Origin: Histomonas meleagridis 2922-C6/04-290x | Taxonomy: Eukaryota; Protista; Parabasalia | DNA length: 64,000 nucleotides | Direction of reading: 5' to 3' | NCBI GenBank assembly: GCA_020184695.1 | Contig: JAANOX010000083.1 | Coordinates: 124,001-188,000, forward strand | Shown: positions 30,130 to 41,554 of the stretch, piece after piece | Position numbering within the stretch: the first letter of the stretch is position 1 | Layout: each line of letters opens with the position of its first letter | The notes under the pieces: model-generated | Databases searched by the model: none | What the model was told of the DNA's origin: nothing | Seen by the model: the letters and a program-made list of their open reading frames with translations, nothing else | Made by a program: the position numbers and the translations under genes

Positions 30130-31938
30130 TTATTGAGGGTTAATAAGGTATAAAGCACTAAAAGCGCCGATTTTCAAGCTATTAATGTTATCATTATCTT
30201 CTCCTGCCGTACCAGTGAACTGTGTTTCTGTAATAAGGTCCTTCAAAGTTGTTGCGTCTTTGAACTCTTCAACGATACTTCTGAAGCCTGTAATTGTTTT
30301 TTCAGTATCTTCATAATTGATCAATACAACAATTAACTTTTGATCACTTCCATATTTCTTAACACCCAAAATTCCGGATGGATTTTGTATACTAATTCCG
30401 AGGTCTTTTACAGTATAATTATATAATGCATCATATTGATGTCTAATTGAGAGTAATTTCTTTGTGTAATCATGCAATTCTTGTTCTTTGTCAGTGAAAC
30501 CTGTGATTTTACCATTGGTTCTTGCAACATTATCTGTACCAATGATATATTTGGTTGTGTTATATAATTTATCACATGGATCACTGGATGATGCTGTACA
30601 ACCTGCCATTTGACCTATTTCATCACCATAGTATATAGTGATTGGACCTGTTCGACTTGTCATGATAGCTAACGCAAGTTTATGAAGCTGCCAATATGTA
30701 TCATTTTTTTGTCCAATATTATATTTCAAACGCACTAAATCACCATATCGATATATATCATGATTAGTAATGAATAAGTTAAGATAGATGTCACGACCTG
30801 CTGCATGCCCATTATCATAAGCTGAGGACATAATATATGTGGCCTTTAGGTCATCAAATGGTGTAGGAGTATAATTTGGATCTTCTTGAGTGGCAAGAGA
30901 TTTAACGATACGGTATCGGCCTTGAAAATCTAAAGCCGAATATAAACCATTCAAATTGATGACATTATCATAAATTTCAGCATCACTCGCCCAATTCTCT
31001 GCAAACATGTATCCTAATATACCCCATTGTTCACCTCTTGCTTTACGTTGATTACAAACGTGTTCTACTTCTCGGCGAATTTCTTGCCAATAATTATGAT
31101 TATGTGTGGATCCTTTATATCGAAGTTGTTGTGTCATATCGAAACGCCAACCATCAATTTGATAGTTTTCAATCCAATATCGGACAAATTCTCTATAAAA
31201 TGGTAACGAATCTGGATATGTAACACGTTCAATAGTTGGATCCGCGAACTCAACCGGTATAGGATAGTTACCTTCTGGTGATACTTTGACAAAATTACCA
31301 TTATGGCCAAGAACACCATCAAGAAATACATAAATGTTACGCTTGTGAGCTTCTTCAACTAATTTTTTCAAATCGTCTGTGGTTCCAAAACGTGGGTCAA
31401 TGTTGAAATAATCTGTTGCATAATATCCAGTAGATTGTAAACGGATGCCACCATAACCATCTCTTGAATCAAAGATTGGTGTAAGCCATATTCCATTAAA
31501 CCCAAGGTCTTGGATGTAATCAAGAGAATTAATAATGCCTTGAAGATTACCTCGACTATCTGATGGACCATATCCTTCACCAAAGCAAACACCACCTGAA
31601 CAATCGCCTTGGAAAGCAGCAACATATATTTGGTATATTCGTATATCATTGAATTTTGATGTATCGAAATCTTCATCATTAGGAACAGGTGTCGACGTTG
31701 GTGGCATTGTTGGATAAGGTGAATACGATGGTGATGGTGATTGTGTAGGTGACCTACTGGGCGTAGGTGGTTTTGTGGATTCTTCATCATCATCTCCTGG
31801 AACAAGAACAACAATAAGAACAATCGCAACTACAACTACAACTGCGACTGCTGCAATAGCAACACCAATAATTATTTTCTTGCGATTTCCTGTTGCTATT
31901 TTCAGATCTGAATCGGAAGAGTTCTCGGAATCAATCAT
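30130..31938 (-). CDS. Membrane-anchored alpha-amylase family (GH13) glycosidase, 602 aa
   Basis: Type II TM plus Pro/Ser/Thr linker. GH13 motifs LDYIQDLGFNGIWLTPIF, DGVLGH, DGWRFD (nucleophile), FAENW (acid/base) and NHD. Confidence 0.92.
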   Translation of the reverse strand: MIDSENSSDSDLKIATGNRKKIIIGVAIAAVAVVVVVAIVLIVVLVPGDDDEESTKPPTPSRSPTQSPSPSYSPYPTMPPTSTPVPNDEDFDTSKFNDIRIYQIYVAAFQGDCSGGVCFGEGYGPSDSRGNLQGIINSLDYIQDLGFNGIWLTPIFDSRDGYGGIRLQSTGYYATDYFNIDPRFGTTDDLKKLVEEAHKRNIYVFLDGVLGHNGNFVKVSPEGNYPIPVEFADPTIERVTYPDSLPFYREFVRYWIENYQIDGWRFDMTQQLRYKGSTHNHNYWQEIRREVEHVCNQRKARGEQWGILGYMFAENWASDAEIYDNVINLNGLYSALDFQGRYRIVKSLATQEDPNYTPTPFDDLKATYIMSSAYDNGHAAGRDIYLNLFITNHDIYRYGDLVRLKYNIGQKNDTYWQLHKLALAIMTSRTGPITIYYGDEIGQMAGCTASSSDPCDKLYNTTKYIIGTDNVARTNGKITGFTDKEQELHDYTKKLLSIRHQYDALYNYTVKDLGISIQNPSGILGVKKYGSDQKLIVVLINYEDTEKTITGFRSIVEEFKDATTLKDLITETQFTGTAGEDNDNINSLKIGAFSALYLINPQ

Positions 31939-32412
31939 TTGGGTTTCTGACCGTATCGTTAATCTACTTCTTTAAAAAAGTTTAATATATTTCTTGTCAA
32001 ATAAGTACGTTTGTTCTCAATTTTTGCGAACGGAAGGTGAGGGTATTGAATTAACCCAAAAAGTTGCTTTTTACACATTCAAATTTCAGAGGCTCAGATC
32101 AAAACCTTCTCGAGCATTTCAAAATAATCATGGGTAAAAAACAACAAAGTGAAATAAAAGTTTCTTCATGATATCTTATATCATGAAGCAAAAGTAATCT
32201 CATGAGCATGAATGTAATATATGCACGAAGGCAAATAATTTCACATGTCATATTTTTTCACAAAGCATTTCGTTCTGGGATTCGATAATTTTTATAAATT
32301 AATTTCGGGTCACCCCTGAAAGTACTGGCACTTTTTGCCGTTTATTTATTCGGTTTGACAAACTTTGTTTTGATATGTACAAATGAAGTTGACTATCTTT
32401 GTTTAGATTCAA

Positions 32413-33519
32413 ATGAAGGAAAAAAAACAAAAAACAAAGTTAGGCACTAAAATCATCATTGGATTCTTAATATTCGTATTCATGGGCATGTCGATTAATT
32501 GGGTTTATATTCACGATACAATTTTACCAGAATCAATTTTGGAAAAATTTGAACAATTTTCAAAAACAGAATTTGGTCACAATATTGGAACGTTTTTTAA
32601 CTTCGTTTCACGTATTATTACAAAATTTTTTATATTTATTTGGAATATTATCTCATTTTTATTGGGAATAACAGTTCAACAAGATATTCAAGAAACAATT
32701 TATATTGAGGCCCCGCCCAAACGTGAGGAAGAAGTAATTGAGGAATCAAACCTAACAGAAACTATTCAAGAAGAAATAATTGAAGAACACCCAATACCAG
32801 AAAAGATCCCAGCTCCAGAAATAATTATTGAAGAAATAAACGAAACTCTTATCAAACAAATCCGAGACGAGGCCAAATTAATTCGTTCATCACTTGAGAA
32901 ACTAGTGCATTCACATTCAACGCTTAAGGCATCTGTTTCCAAACTTCTTCACCTTTTTGATGAGCTTTCAAAAGGACAAACTATTCAATACAATATCACT
33001 GATGTCTTAAGTTCTATTCAGTCCAGTAATCAACAAGTTACAACAAAGCTCCAAAAAACTATCCAAGACTTTTGTGATAAATATGTTTTCTCCAACGAAG
33101 TAATACTTAATTACATTCCAAACAAGCCATTTGTTCTTAAAAGCAGCATAAAGTCACAAAATTTCCCAATTGAAATCGAATATAAAAAACATAACTTAAC
33201 ATTTATAACACAACAAAAGTTCCCATATTATGCGCATAAGATAAAATTCGATCCAATCGAAGAAAATAATGCAAACGCAAAAGAATTAGAAATGAACTTT
33301 TATTTACAAGGAAAACTGACACGAAGTATTGAAAAAGTGGAAATTAACGGTCAAAACGGTACAGAATGTGATGTAAAGCAAAGTTTCATGTTTGATCAAA
33401 TAGTTATTCATGTAGATAACACGTTTGGTGAAGAAGACAAGGCTATTGTTCCTGTAATCCATGTTTATGAACCACCAAAATTGCATAATTCATTGTCAAT
33501 AAAAAATAAAGAATTTTAG
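32413..33519 (+). CDS. TM plus coiled-coil protein with possible divergent C-terminal SUN domain, 368 aa
   Basis: N-terminal TM and central coiled coil. The C-terminal FDQIVIHVDNTFGEEDKAIVPVIHVYEP parallels the SUN end motif (FxxVxLxIxSNxG..xxFRVHGEP). Confidence 0.5.
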   Translation: MKEKKQKTKLGTKIIIGFLIFVFMGMSINWVYIHDTILPESILEKFEQFSKTEFGHNIGTFFNFVSRIITKFFIFIWNIISFLLGITVQQDIQETIYIEAPPKREEEVIEESNLTETIQEEIIEEHPIPEKIPAPEIIIEEINETLIKQIRDEAKLIRSSLEKLVHSHSTLKASVSKLLHLFDELSKGQTIQYNITDVLSSIQSSNQQVTTKLQKTIQDFCDKYVFSNEVILNYIPNKPFVLKSSIKSQNFPIEIEYKKHNLTFITQQKFPYYAHKIKFDPIEENNANAKELEMNFYLQGKLTRSIEKVEINGQNGTECDVKQSFMFDQIVIHVDNTFGEEDKAIVPVIHVYEPPKLHNSLSIKNKEF

Positions 33520-33797
33520 AATTTTGTTGTATTTCAAAAGGAAAACAAAGTATTAGTTCAATCAATATTACTTAGTCCATCATAGAGAAATCCAAAAAGA
33601 ATCAATTTTGAAATAAATGCTATGTTAAGAATTTATGGTAATAATTTTGAATTTGTATTTGAGCTTATATATTATTCAAAAATTTGATAATACAAATGCA
33701 TTTATAAGGACTATCCTAAACAAATAAAAACAGAAGAAATATGGACAATAATGACACTTTTCATTCAAAAAAATATCGGTTTTTTGGGCTGGTCGAA

Positions 33798-33802
33798 CCT
33801 TT
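33798..33802 (+). promoter_or_regulatory. M5 (CCTTT) element upstream of RPL7A
   Basis: GGTCGAACCTTTCCCAACATG. Same GGTC..CCTTT layout as RPS13, with ATCGGTTT (M3-like) at about 33775. Confidence 0.5.
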
Positions 33803-33808
33803 CCCAAC

Positions 33809-34540
33809 ATGTCACGAAGAACAGCTCGTGCACAACCAGAAAAGGTTATTTTGGATGCTGACATAAAGAATCAAGACTTCTTGTTCACACAAGAAAAGAA
33901 ACAAGCCAAGGTTGTCGCATCATCAAAAGTTCGTTTCCCCAAGTATGTTCGCATCCAACGTCAACGCCGTATCCTCATGAAGCGCCTTAAGGTCCCACCT
34001 CCAGTTAACCATTTCAACCATGCTGTTGACAAAGCTACTGCTGTCCAAATCTTCAAGTTCCTTGAAAAGTATCGCCCAGAAACCAAGGCCGAAAAGAAAC
34101 TCCGTCTCAAAGCAGCGGCTGAAAAATCAGAGAAGTCACTTGCTCCAGCTGATGTTTCTGCTAAAAAAGCACTTGCTTATGGTATCAAGGATGTTACATC
34201 TCTTGTTGAAGCCAAGAAAGCCAGCCTAGTGGTCATTGCTCATGATGTTGATCCAATTGAAATTGTTATTTGGCTCCCAGCCCTCTGCCGCAAGCTTGAT
34301 ATTCCATATGTAATTGTCAAGTCAAAGGCTCGTCTCGGTAAAGTTGTTGGAATGAAGACATGCACATGCATTGCAGTCTCTGATGTTCGCCCAGAGGATC
34401 GCAAGGCACTCTCACAAATAGTTGATTCCGTTAATGCTAACTTCTTAATGAAATATAAGGAAGAAATGCATCATTGGGGTGGTGGCGAGCTCAGTGAAAA
34501 GACAATCGCAAAACTTCGTGCTCAAGGCAAGCATGAGTAA
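33809..34540 (+). CDS. RPL7A: 60S ribosomal protein L7a (eL8)
   Basis: VRFPKYVRIQRQRRIL..RLKVPP, VVIAHDVDPIEIVIWLPALCRK, KSKARLG. Confidence 0.97.
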   Translation: MSRRTARAQPEKVILDADIKNQDFLFTQEKKQAKVVASSKVRFPKYVRIQRQRRILMKRLKVPPPVNHFNHAVDKATAVQIFKFLEKYRPETKAEKKLRLKAAAEKSEKSLAPADVSAKKALAYGIKDVTSLVEAKKASLVVIAHDVDPIEIVIWLPALCRKLDIPYVIVKSKARLGKVVGMKTCTCIAVSDVRPEDRKALSQIVDSVNANFLMKYKEEMHHWGGGELSEKTIAKLRAQGKHE

Positions 34541-34859
34541 ATAAATAAATACTAATCTGCATCCAAATAAAGTTACATAAATTGTGTTTTTTTACATGGA
34601 ATAACAAAATTAATCATTTTTTGGCAAGTCACTTTTATATTTTATAAAAAAAAATTGTATAGCGCGTAACAACATTTAAAAAATGAACCGATTGATTTCA
34701 ATTCATAATATACGATAATGCATTATTAATTTAATGTTTAAAACATTTAATTGATTCAAAAAATGCTGCATGATCAAATAAGTTAGCTTAATTTCCAATA
34801 TATGAACAACTTTCAAAAAGCTTTAGTTTCATCAATTGACGAAAATCAAGATTTATTTG

Positions 34860-35600
34860 TGATGATTTTTCTTAATGTTTTTTTTTATTTCATCATTACG
34901 AATTATTTTTGCAATTTCATTATGATTATAACATTCTTTAATTTATTGCTTATGATGTTTAAAATCATTATTTGTAAGTTAATCTTTTAATTAGACTGGT
35001 CCAAAATGATCTATGCAAAGCTTTTTTTGCCCCACAGAATAGTTCATAACAACATGGCACTGGATAATTTGCTGTTTTATAATGTCAGTGATAAATGCTG
35101 TAATTATATTCGATATCTGCAAGTGTTCAAATGATGTTTCTTGTTTAATACTAACTTAATAAGTTACTTCATCTTCCAGAAGAAAAAGAATTCAATGAGA
35201 TCCAACACAATTTTTAAAAAGTTAAATTTAATAACATATGACTCATTTTATGCTTTAGAAAACGAAGTACAATTTCTAGAAATTTTTCTTTATGAAAAAA
35301 ATTATGAATACCATATTTATTTGTTATATTCCTATTATTCTAATTTGTAATTTGTATCATAATTTATATATTGATTTTGTCTTGTTATACATTATGATCA
35401 TTTAGCAAATTATTTCATGTAAAAAATTTACAACAATATTTTTTAACGAAACATTTTCCTTTTGGCTATTTATAAAAGAAATATCTTTATAAAAACAACA
35501 TATCAATTGTTTGATTAAAATTAAAATCATTAATTCATCATATTATCATCATTCTTTTACATCATCATTTTGAAGAATTTTTAATATTTGAACTTTGTTA
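34860..35600 (-). pseudogene. Decayed third DUF3447-ankyrin family copy (N-terminal part)
   Basis: 34891-34920 matches 8811-8840 at 29/30 nt (NEIAKIIRNDE), with flanking similarity to NDFxLHKxLIKE and ESYxI. Many stops. Limits are approximate. Confidence 0.55.
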
Positions 35601-35883
35601 TTATCTTGATTGCTTTTATTATTGATATTATTCGCATAGATTAAAAAAATTGAAGGTAACATTTATTGTTTATACATTTCTTTAAGGTTTTGTCTTGTTT
35701 CTTCAACATTTTCTTTTGACTGATATCAAATTTTCATTGAACAGCTTTTACTTCATAAAACTTATTTAGTGAAAACATTTGATTAACAATATGAAACGTT
35801 TCATATTTCTATAACAAATTGGATGCAAATAAAATTCCATTTTCAATAATTTATTCAATAAAAGTGCATTTATCCCAAACATA

Positions 35884-37926
35884 TCATTTCACGAAGAAAG
35901 ATTTCACCAAATTTATTTGCTCTTCATTCATTTCGCCTGTTTCCAGTGTGAACTCCACGTTCCGATTTATAGCTTCAGGATATTTATCCATCAAAGTCAC
36001 CAACTTCTCTTTATGCGGCAGAAACACTTCTTCGAAAATTGGCTCTTCTTCTTGGAATGCGTCATCGAAAAGACATCGAACAAATACCGCGGCGGCGATT
36101 TCCGAGCAAATTTCAACGTTTTCGATGTCTTCGATTGGATCTGATATCGTAACTAATGAGTCGATGAAATCACTCGAATTGTCGTTAAAAATGGTAGGAA
36201 ACTGTTCAACTTCACTCAGAGGTATTCCAGTGACTTCGGCAATTTTGTATATAAATTTGTCATGTGAAAGATTATAACAATTCTTTGGAATATTCAAATA
36301 TGTATTGATCATAAAGTCTAATGAAATGGTTTTGTTGGAATAGAGGAAGGCATAGACCATATATAAAATGCCCCATAATGTCGGATTTTCTTCATCTTGA
36401 ACAATCTTACAATAATTGTTGGTTTCGCGTTTTAGCAATGATGTAAGTAAAGAATTTTCCATTTTGGAATTGATAAAAAGATCTGAAACATATTGTGCAT
36501 ATCCATAATCACTCTTCAAATGATGTGGTAATGAATTAAAACATACACGTACTAAAGTTTGCGGAATCATTCCTTGAGGTGGTTCTTTTAAGTTATGTAA
36601 ATATCCAAATTCAATACTTTGAGAATTATCAACATCATCAAAAGATTGTAAATTAATAGAAGGTGATTTTTTGACTACCAATAATGGTTTCTTAGTTACA
36701 GAACCATTTTTTATGATTAGATTAGTGTTCCATTTGTTTGCTCTTAAAGAAAAAAGTTCCGAAACAAGGAATTTAACGTGCCCACGGTTTGAACGGTTTT
36801 CATCTAAAAAAGTGAAAAACGTTTCACCGATTTCAGGCGCACTCTCGTCAAATGCTTTCCCACATATATACATACCAGTACGAAGAACTTCAATAGCCAT
36901 TTCAAGTGATTGCTTATCAATAACATCATTAAAATAATCATTGATTTGGTATTTTGTAATTAGACCAGAAGTAAATAAACAGCCATTCCAAGAAATAATA
37001 CTTTGTAAGGAACCAACAGGAACTTGCTTAAGAGAGTTCAGACGAAATCCAGCCTGAAGACTTCTATCAACTAATGTTTGCTTAAATTCTTGGTTTTCTT
37101 GACTAAGTTGTATTGCAAGCCTAATCAAAGACCCAAGCTGTGGGTTTCTTTCAGGAAATTCGGAGTTAGCTGTTGCTAAATCTAAAAACAAATCGACAAT
37201 AATATCCCACGATAAATGTAATCCTACAATATTATCCTGTACTTCCTTCATATTGCCTGGGTTTAGACGATTTATCCATATCTGTGCCTGAGATTTAAGT
37301 GAATCAATAGAATTTTCATCATATAACCCGCATTCTTTAGCCAACGCAGATCCAACAAATCTTCCAGACTCATGTTCGACGAGGCGTTGTTGTACTTTTT
37401 GCTTGTTTTTATCTCGTTTGGATTTATTATTATTTCTTTTTCCATTATTTCGATTTTTCTTCTTTTGATCAAAGAGATTTAAAAATATTAAAAATCCAGG
37501 GGATGTTATCTTCTTTTGTGGTTGGTTTTTTGGTTGTAAAAGTAATATATCTTCGACTGAATAAACATCTTTAATTGGGAGATATGGCTTCTTTTCTGGC
37601 TTTTGTGCATGGGCGTTATTTCCTTTTGACTTTTTGTCGTTGATTTGTCTTTTTTCTGAAAGAGAAGATAAATTTGAAAGAGATGCTGAAACAGGAAAAT
37701 TATGAAATAAAGGTACTTGTTTACTTGGCGGCCTCTTTTCAACGATCAATTCTTGTTTTTTCTGTACACGGAAAGATTGACTCATACCAATGGAAAATGG
37801 AGTTGTAATTGTTTTATTTGAATTTCTTTCAACCTTAATAACATGCTGAGGTGGCTTTTGTGGCAAATGTTGGGGTGGCTGATAGCGTCCATATGTTTTT
37901 TGCATTGGTGCGCGACCACGATCCAT
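35884..37926 (-). CDS. MIF4G-domain protein (eIF4G-like)
   Basis: Low-complexity N-terminus, then INRLNPGNMKEV..GSLIRLA..LRTGMYICGKAFD..VKFLVSELFSLRANKW, typical of MIF4G. The track start is TTG; first ATG at 37926. Confidence 0.7.
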   Translation of the reverse strand: MDRGRAPMQKTYGRYQPPQHLPQKPPQHVIKVERNSNKTITTPFSIGMSQSFRVQKKQELIVEKRPPSKQVPLFHNFPVSASLSNLSSLSEKRQINDKKSKGNNAHAQKPEKKPYLPIKDVYSVEDILLLQPKNQPQKKITSPGFLIFLNLFDQKKKNRNNGKRNNNKSKRDKNKQKVQQRLVEHESGRFVGSALAKECGLYDENSIDSLKSQAQIWINRLNPGNMKEVQDNIVGLHLSWDIIVDLFLDLATANSEFPERNPQLGSLIRLAIQLSQENQEFKQTLVDRSLQAGFRLNSLKQVPVGSLQSIISWNGCLFTSGLITKYQINDYFNDVIDKQSLEMAIEVLRTGMYICGKAFDESAPEIGETFFTFLDENRSNRGHVKFLVSELFSLRANKWNTNLIIKNGSVTKKPLLVVKKSPSINLQSFDDVDNSQSIEFGYLHNLKEPPQGMIPQTLVRVCFNSLPHHLKSDYGYAQYVSDLFINSKMENSLLTSLLKRETNNYCKIVQDEENPTLWGILYMVYAFLYSNKTISLDFMINTYLNIPKNCYNLSHDKFIYKIAEVTGIPLSEVEQFPTIFNDNSSDFIDSLVTISDPIEDIENVEICSEIAAAVFVRCLFDDAFQEEEPIFEEVFLPHKEKLVTLMDKYPEAINRNVEFTLETGEMNEEQINLVKSFFVK

Positions 37927-38073
37927 CTGTCTCAATCCAGAATCCGAATTCAATGAGGAAAGAGGTTATGATATTGAATTTTTCTGAACAAAATTTTACC
38001 TCAGAATGCAGACTTAAGCTTCGGTCTTTATTACAAAAAAAATTTATCGATAAAATTCATTTTACAAACAAAT

Positions 38074-39657
38074 TTATCTTATTCCAACTCTCCTTAATCT
38101 TGGATTGCCTTGCATTACTGGAAGTTTTTGTTGTGGCTCATATATTTGTTGATGAATATTAGCTTGTTGTCTTAAATGGTTATATTGATTATTATTAGGT
38201 TTATATCTTGGATCTTGACAAGCTGGTTGTTGTTGAATTTGTAAGACCTGTATTTGATTTGGTTGTCTCCATCTTGGATCTCTATTCTGGACTACGTTTT
38301 GATTGTTATTATACCCATCGTAACAATTTTGTTTTCTTTGATATAGATTTCTTTGTTCACAATATTGTTGTGGTATTCTTCTTGGTGCAGGAATTTGATC
38401 TCTTTGTACTGGTGCAGGAACTCTTATTTCTGGTACTCTTCCTTTTACATCTTGTGGCCGAACTCTAATTTCTGGTGCCTTTGATTTTATATCATTTGGT
38501 ATTTCAACAATATCAGGAATAGGTTCTCTCATTGGTACATTTCTTATTGAACTTAGACGAACAGGATTTTTTCTACGTTGAATTTCATCTGAAGGGATTT
38601 TGTTTGGACTCCACCAATCTTGATCAACTATCGCTTTTAATTCTGGTGTAGAAACTCTTGAAATATCTTTTCCTGAAAGTGGCGCATCTTTTTTCATATG
38701 CATTCTTTGTTCAATCGGCTTAACATAACCATTTTTCTCGTCATATGATGGATTTGGAAGATTAACATTTCGGATATTATTTAAAGGAACTTTAATTGTT
38801 GATAACAAATGATAAGAATAACTTTTTCGAAGTGGAGTTTTTGGTTGGAACATATCAAGAAGATGTTTTCTATCTTTTACGCATTCCATATTAAGAACTT
38901 CTTCTGCAGATGGACGAATTAATGGGTTAACTTGTAGTAAACGTTTTAAAACTGAGTTTAATTCTGCAGAATACTTTTTTGGCATAATATAATTTCCAAT
39001 ACATATTTTACGTGCAAGTTCTTCAGATGTACGACCCATAAATGGAAATGAAAATGTCATTAATTCATATAAAAGAACTCCAAGTGACCACATATCGCAT
39101 TTTTGGTCATATGGATTCTTTTTCCAGACTTCTGGAGCAAGATATAATGGTGTTCCGATTTGAGTACGTGCAAGTTGTCGATTATGAAGAACTGTAGAGA
39201 TACCTAAATCGGCAATTTTGGCAAGATCTGGAGCAGACAAAAGTACATTGGCTGTTTTCAAATCTCGATGAAGAACACCGCAAGAATGAAGAACACGAAG
39301 ACCTTCAAGTATTTGGAGAAGAAATCTCCATATTGCTTCTTCTTGAAGTGGCTTATTTTTTCTTTTCCTTCTTGCAATAAGGTTTGATAAATCACCAAGT
39401 TGCGCATATTCAGTAACAATGCAAAGACGTTTTTGATCACAAAATGCTTCATGAAATCTGATAATAAATGGAGATGTAAAAGAAGCCATAATTCTTATTT
39501 CATTAATTGAATCTTCAATTTCTCTTCTTGATAATTTTGATAAATTAACAATTTTTATAGCATATGTTTGGCCATCACTAATCCTTGTTGCCTTATATAC
39601 TTTTCCATATGAACCTTCACCTAAAACGCATTGTTCAATGAATCCCGAAATATTCAT
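38074..39657 (-). CDS. NEK (NIMA-related) Ser/Thr protein kinase
   Basis: GEGSYGKV, AIK, HRDLKTANV, ADLG, QIGTPLYLAPE, YDQKCDMWSLG, followed by a Q/P-rich tail. Probable ATG at 39657. Confidence 0.92.
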   Translation of the reverse strand: MNISGFIEQCVLGEGSYGKVYKATRISDGQTYAIKIVNLSKLSRREIEDSINEIRIMASFTSPFIIRFHEAFCDQKRLCIVTEYAQLGDLSNLIARRKRKNKPLQEEAIWRFLLQILEGLRVLHSCGVLHRDLKTANVLLSAPDLAKIADLGISTVLHNRQLARTQIGTPLYLAPEVWKKNPYDQKCDMWSLGVLLYELMTFSFPFMGRTSEELARKICIGNYIMPKKYSAELNSVLKRLLQVNPLIRPSAEEVLNMECVKDRKHLLDMFQPKTPLRKSYSYHLLSTIKVPLNNIRNVNLPNPSYDEKNGYVKPIEQRMHMKKDAPLSGKDISRVSTPELKAIVDQDWWSPNKIPSDEIQRRKNPVRLSSIRNVPMREPIPDIVEIPNDIKSKAPEIRVRPQDVKGRVPEIRVPAPVQRDQIPAPRRIPQQYCEQRNLYQRKQNCYDGYNNNQNVVQNRDPRWRQPNQIQVLQIQQQPACQDPRYKPNNNQYNHLRQQANIHQQIYEPQQKLPVMQGNPRLRRVGIR

Positions 39658-39932
39658 TTGAAATAAACGTACAGTATATAAATGTAAACGTACATTACAC
39701 CAAAAAGTGCCATAAATCCATCCGTTGACAATCAGCAATCCAAACTATTTACCTGCGTTTACAATAATCTTTTGGGAATTGGAGTGCTCAACATGCAAAT
39801 GATCAAACATTCCAAAATTTTTGTCATTGAAAAAAATCAATTGATCAAAAAATTTCTATTAACTATTACCAGCAGATTGGTATACTCAACCTAAAACAAA
39901 ACAAAAATTAATTTGGTTTCACTTTAATAAAG

Positions 39933-41147
39933 TTACTTTTTGTTTTTCATTACTTCGGCAAATGCTGCTTTAAAAGCAGGAACAGCCCTTTCTATATCCT
40001 CTGGTGGCTTGCAGTAAGACAAGCGGAAGAATCCGGGAGCCTTGAATCCAGATCCTGGAACAATAATAACAAAGTGGTCGGCCATCTTTTCGCAGAATTC
40101 CCATTCGCCAATGCCGTCTGGGATCTTCGGGAAGATGTAGAAGGTGCCCTCTGGTTTCACATATTTGATTCCGCAATCATCAAGCATCTTGCAAATGATA
40201 TCACGAGACTTATTATAAAGTTCAACGTTAGATGTAGCTGGCATAACCTTTGGAATAATACGCATATGGAGGCGGTTAGCATGAACAAATCCGAGAATTT
40301 CATTAGAGTGAGCCAAGCAATGAATAAGAAGTTTGTTATTTTCAAGAAGAGGGTTGACAATCATACAACCAAATCTTTCACCTGGGATAGAGATATCTTT
40401 GGATACAGAATATGCAATAATACTATGAGGATATGACTTGAAGATTTTGTGGCAATGAACTCCTGGTGCAACAACACGTGTATATACATCATCAGAAAGA
40501 ATATAGATTGGTCTTCCATATTCTTTTGATTTCCTCTTAAGAACTTCACACATGGCATCAACACATTCTTGTGTGTAGACAATACCTGTTGGGTTCTGTG
40601 GTGAGTTGATGATAACACATCTTGTTAATGGTGTGATATATTCTTCAAGGCGTTGAGCATTAATCTGCCAGCCTTCTTCGAATGTTGTTGGAACATCAAC
40701 TACTGTTCCATGGAAGTTTTCCACATAAAATGGATACTCAAGGAAGTATGGAGCAACACAGCAAACTTCATCACCTGCACTCAAAATTGTTCTAAGAACA
40801 ACGTTCATAGCTCCTGCACAACCAGATGTCAAAACAATATGTTCTGGTCCAATTTGAACGTCTTGGATTTTGGAAAACATTTCTGCAAAAACTTTACGGC
40901 AAGCTAAATCACCCATTGTAGATGAATAACCATGGGAAAGTGGAAATTCTTCATTTGCGACTTCGATAAGAGCTTTATAATATTCGGGTGGTGGTGGAAT
41001 TCTTGGATTTCCTAATGAAAAATTATGAACGGCATCTGGTCCATATTGTTCTGCAAGTGCATCAGCTTTATCCGACATTTTTCGAATCATAGAACCGCGG
41101 GTAGAGACTTTCAACATATAAGGAGAGAGCATCTGGTAAAGTGACAT
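39933..41147 (-). CDS. Class I/II PLP-dependent (aspartate) aminotransferase, bacterial type
   Basis: SMIRKM, NFSLGNP, INSPQNPTG, SDDVY, SVSKDISIPGERFG (PLP lysine), PEGTFY. First ATG at 41147. Confidence 0.92.
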   Translation of the reverse strand: MSLYQMLSPYMLKVSTRGSMIRKMSDKADALAEQYGPDAVHNFSLGNPRIPPPPEYYKALIEVANEEFPLSHGYSSTMGDLACRKVFAEMFSKIQDVQIGPEHIVLTSGCAGAMNVVLRTILSAGDEVCCVAPYFLEYPFYVENFHGTVVDVPTTFEEGWQINAQRLEEYITPLTRCVIINSPQNPTGIVYTQECVDAMCEVLKRKSKEYGRPIYILSDDVYTRVVAPGVHCHKIFKSYPHSIIAYSVSKDISIPGERFGCMIVNPLLENNKLLIHCLAHSNEILGFVHANRLHMRIIPKVMPATSNVELYNKSRDIICKMLDDCGIKYVKPEGTFYIFPKIPDGIGEWEFCEKMADHFVIIVPGSGFKAPGFFRLSYCKPPEDIERAVPAFKAAFAEVMKNKK

Positions 41148-41554
41148 GAAAAACCGTTCCGTTTCATTCAAATCAAAACGATCACAAAGACTATACAAAA
41201 ACCGTCGCCTGAATCGATTCAACTTTTTCTGTTGTTTTCAGTCCATCGACTTTTTTTGCGATCAGAATGTGAATTGTTGTTTCCAAAAAATTGAATTCAA
41301 TTTGTGATTTTAAATAAAACTTTTTGAAAAAGAATTCAACGCGATTTGATCGTTTACTTTCTCATTAAATTTAATGAGAAAAACTTTTTTATGCATTCAG
41401 AATCATTAAAAAAATTAAATGCTTTTCGTTATTCTTTACATTTTAAACAAGAAACTTAATAGTATAACTTTAACTTTGAGAAGATTTTTGAATTCAAAAA
41501 ATCCTAATCTAGCATTCACGCATCAAATTGGAACAAGAAAATATTAAAAATTTC

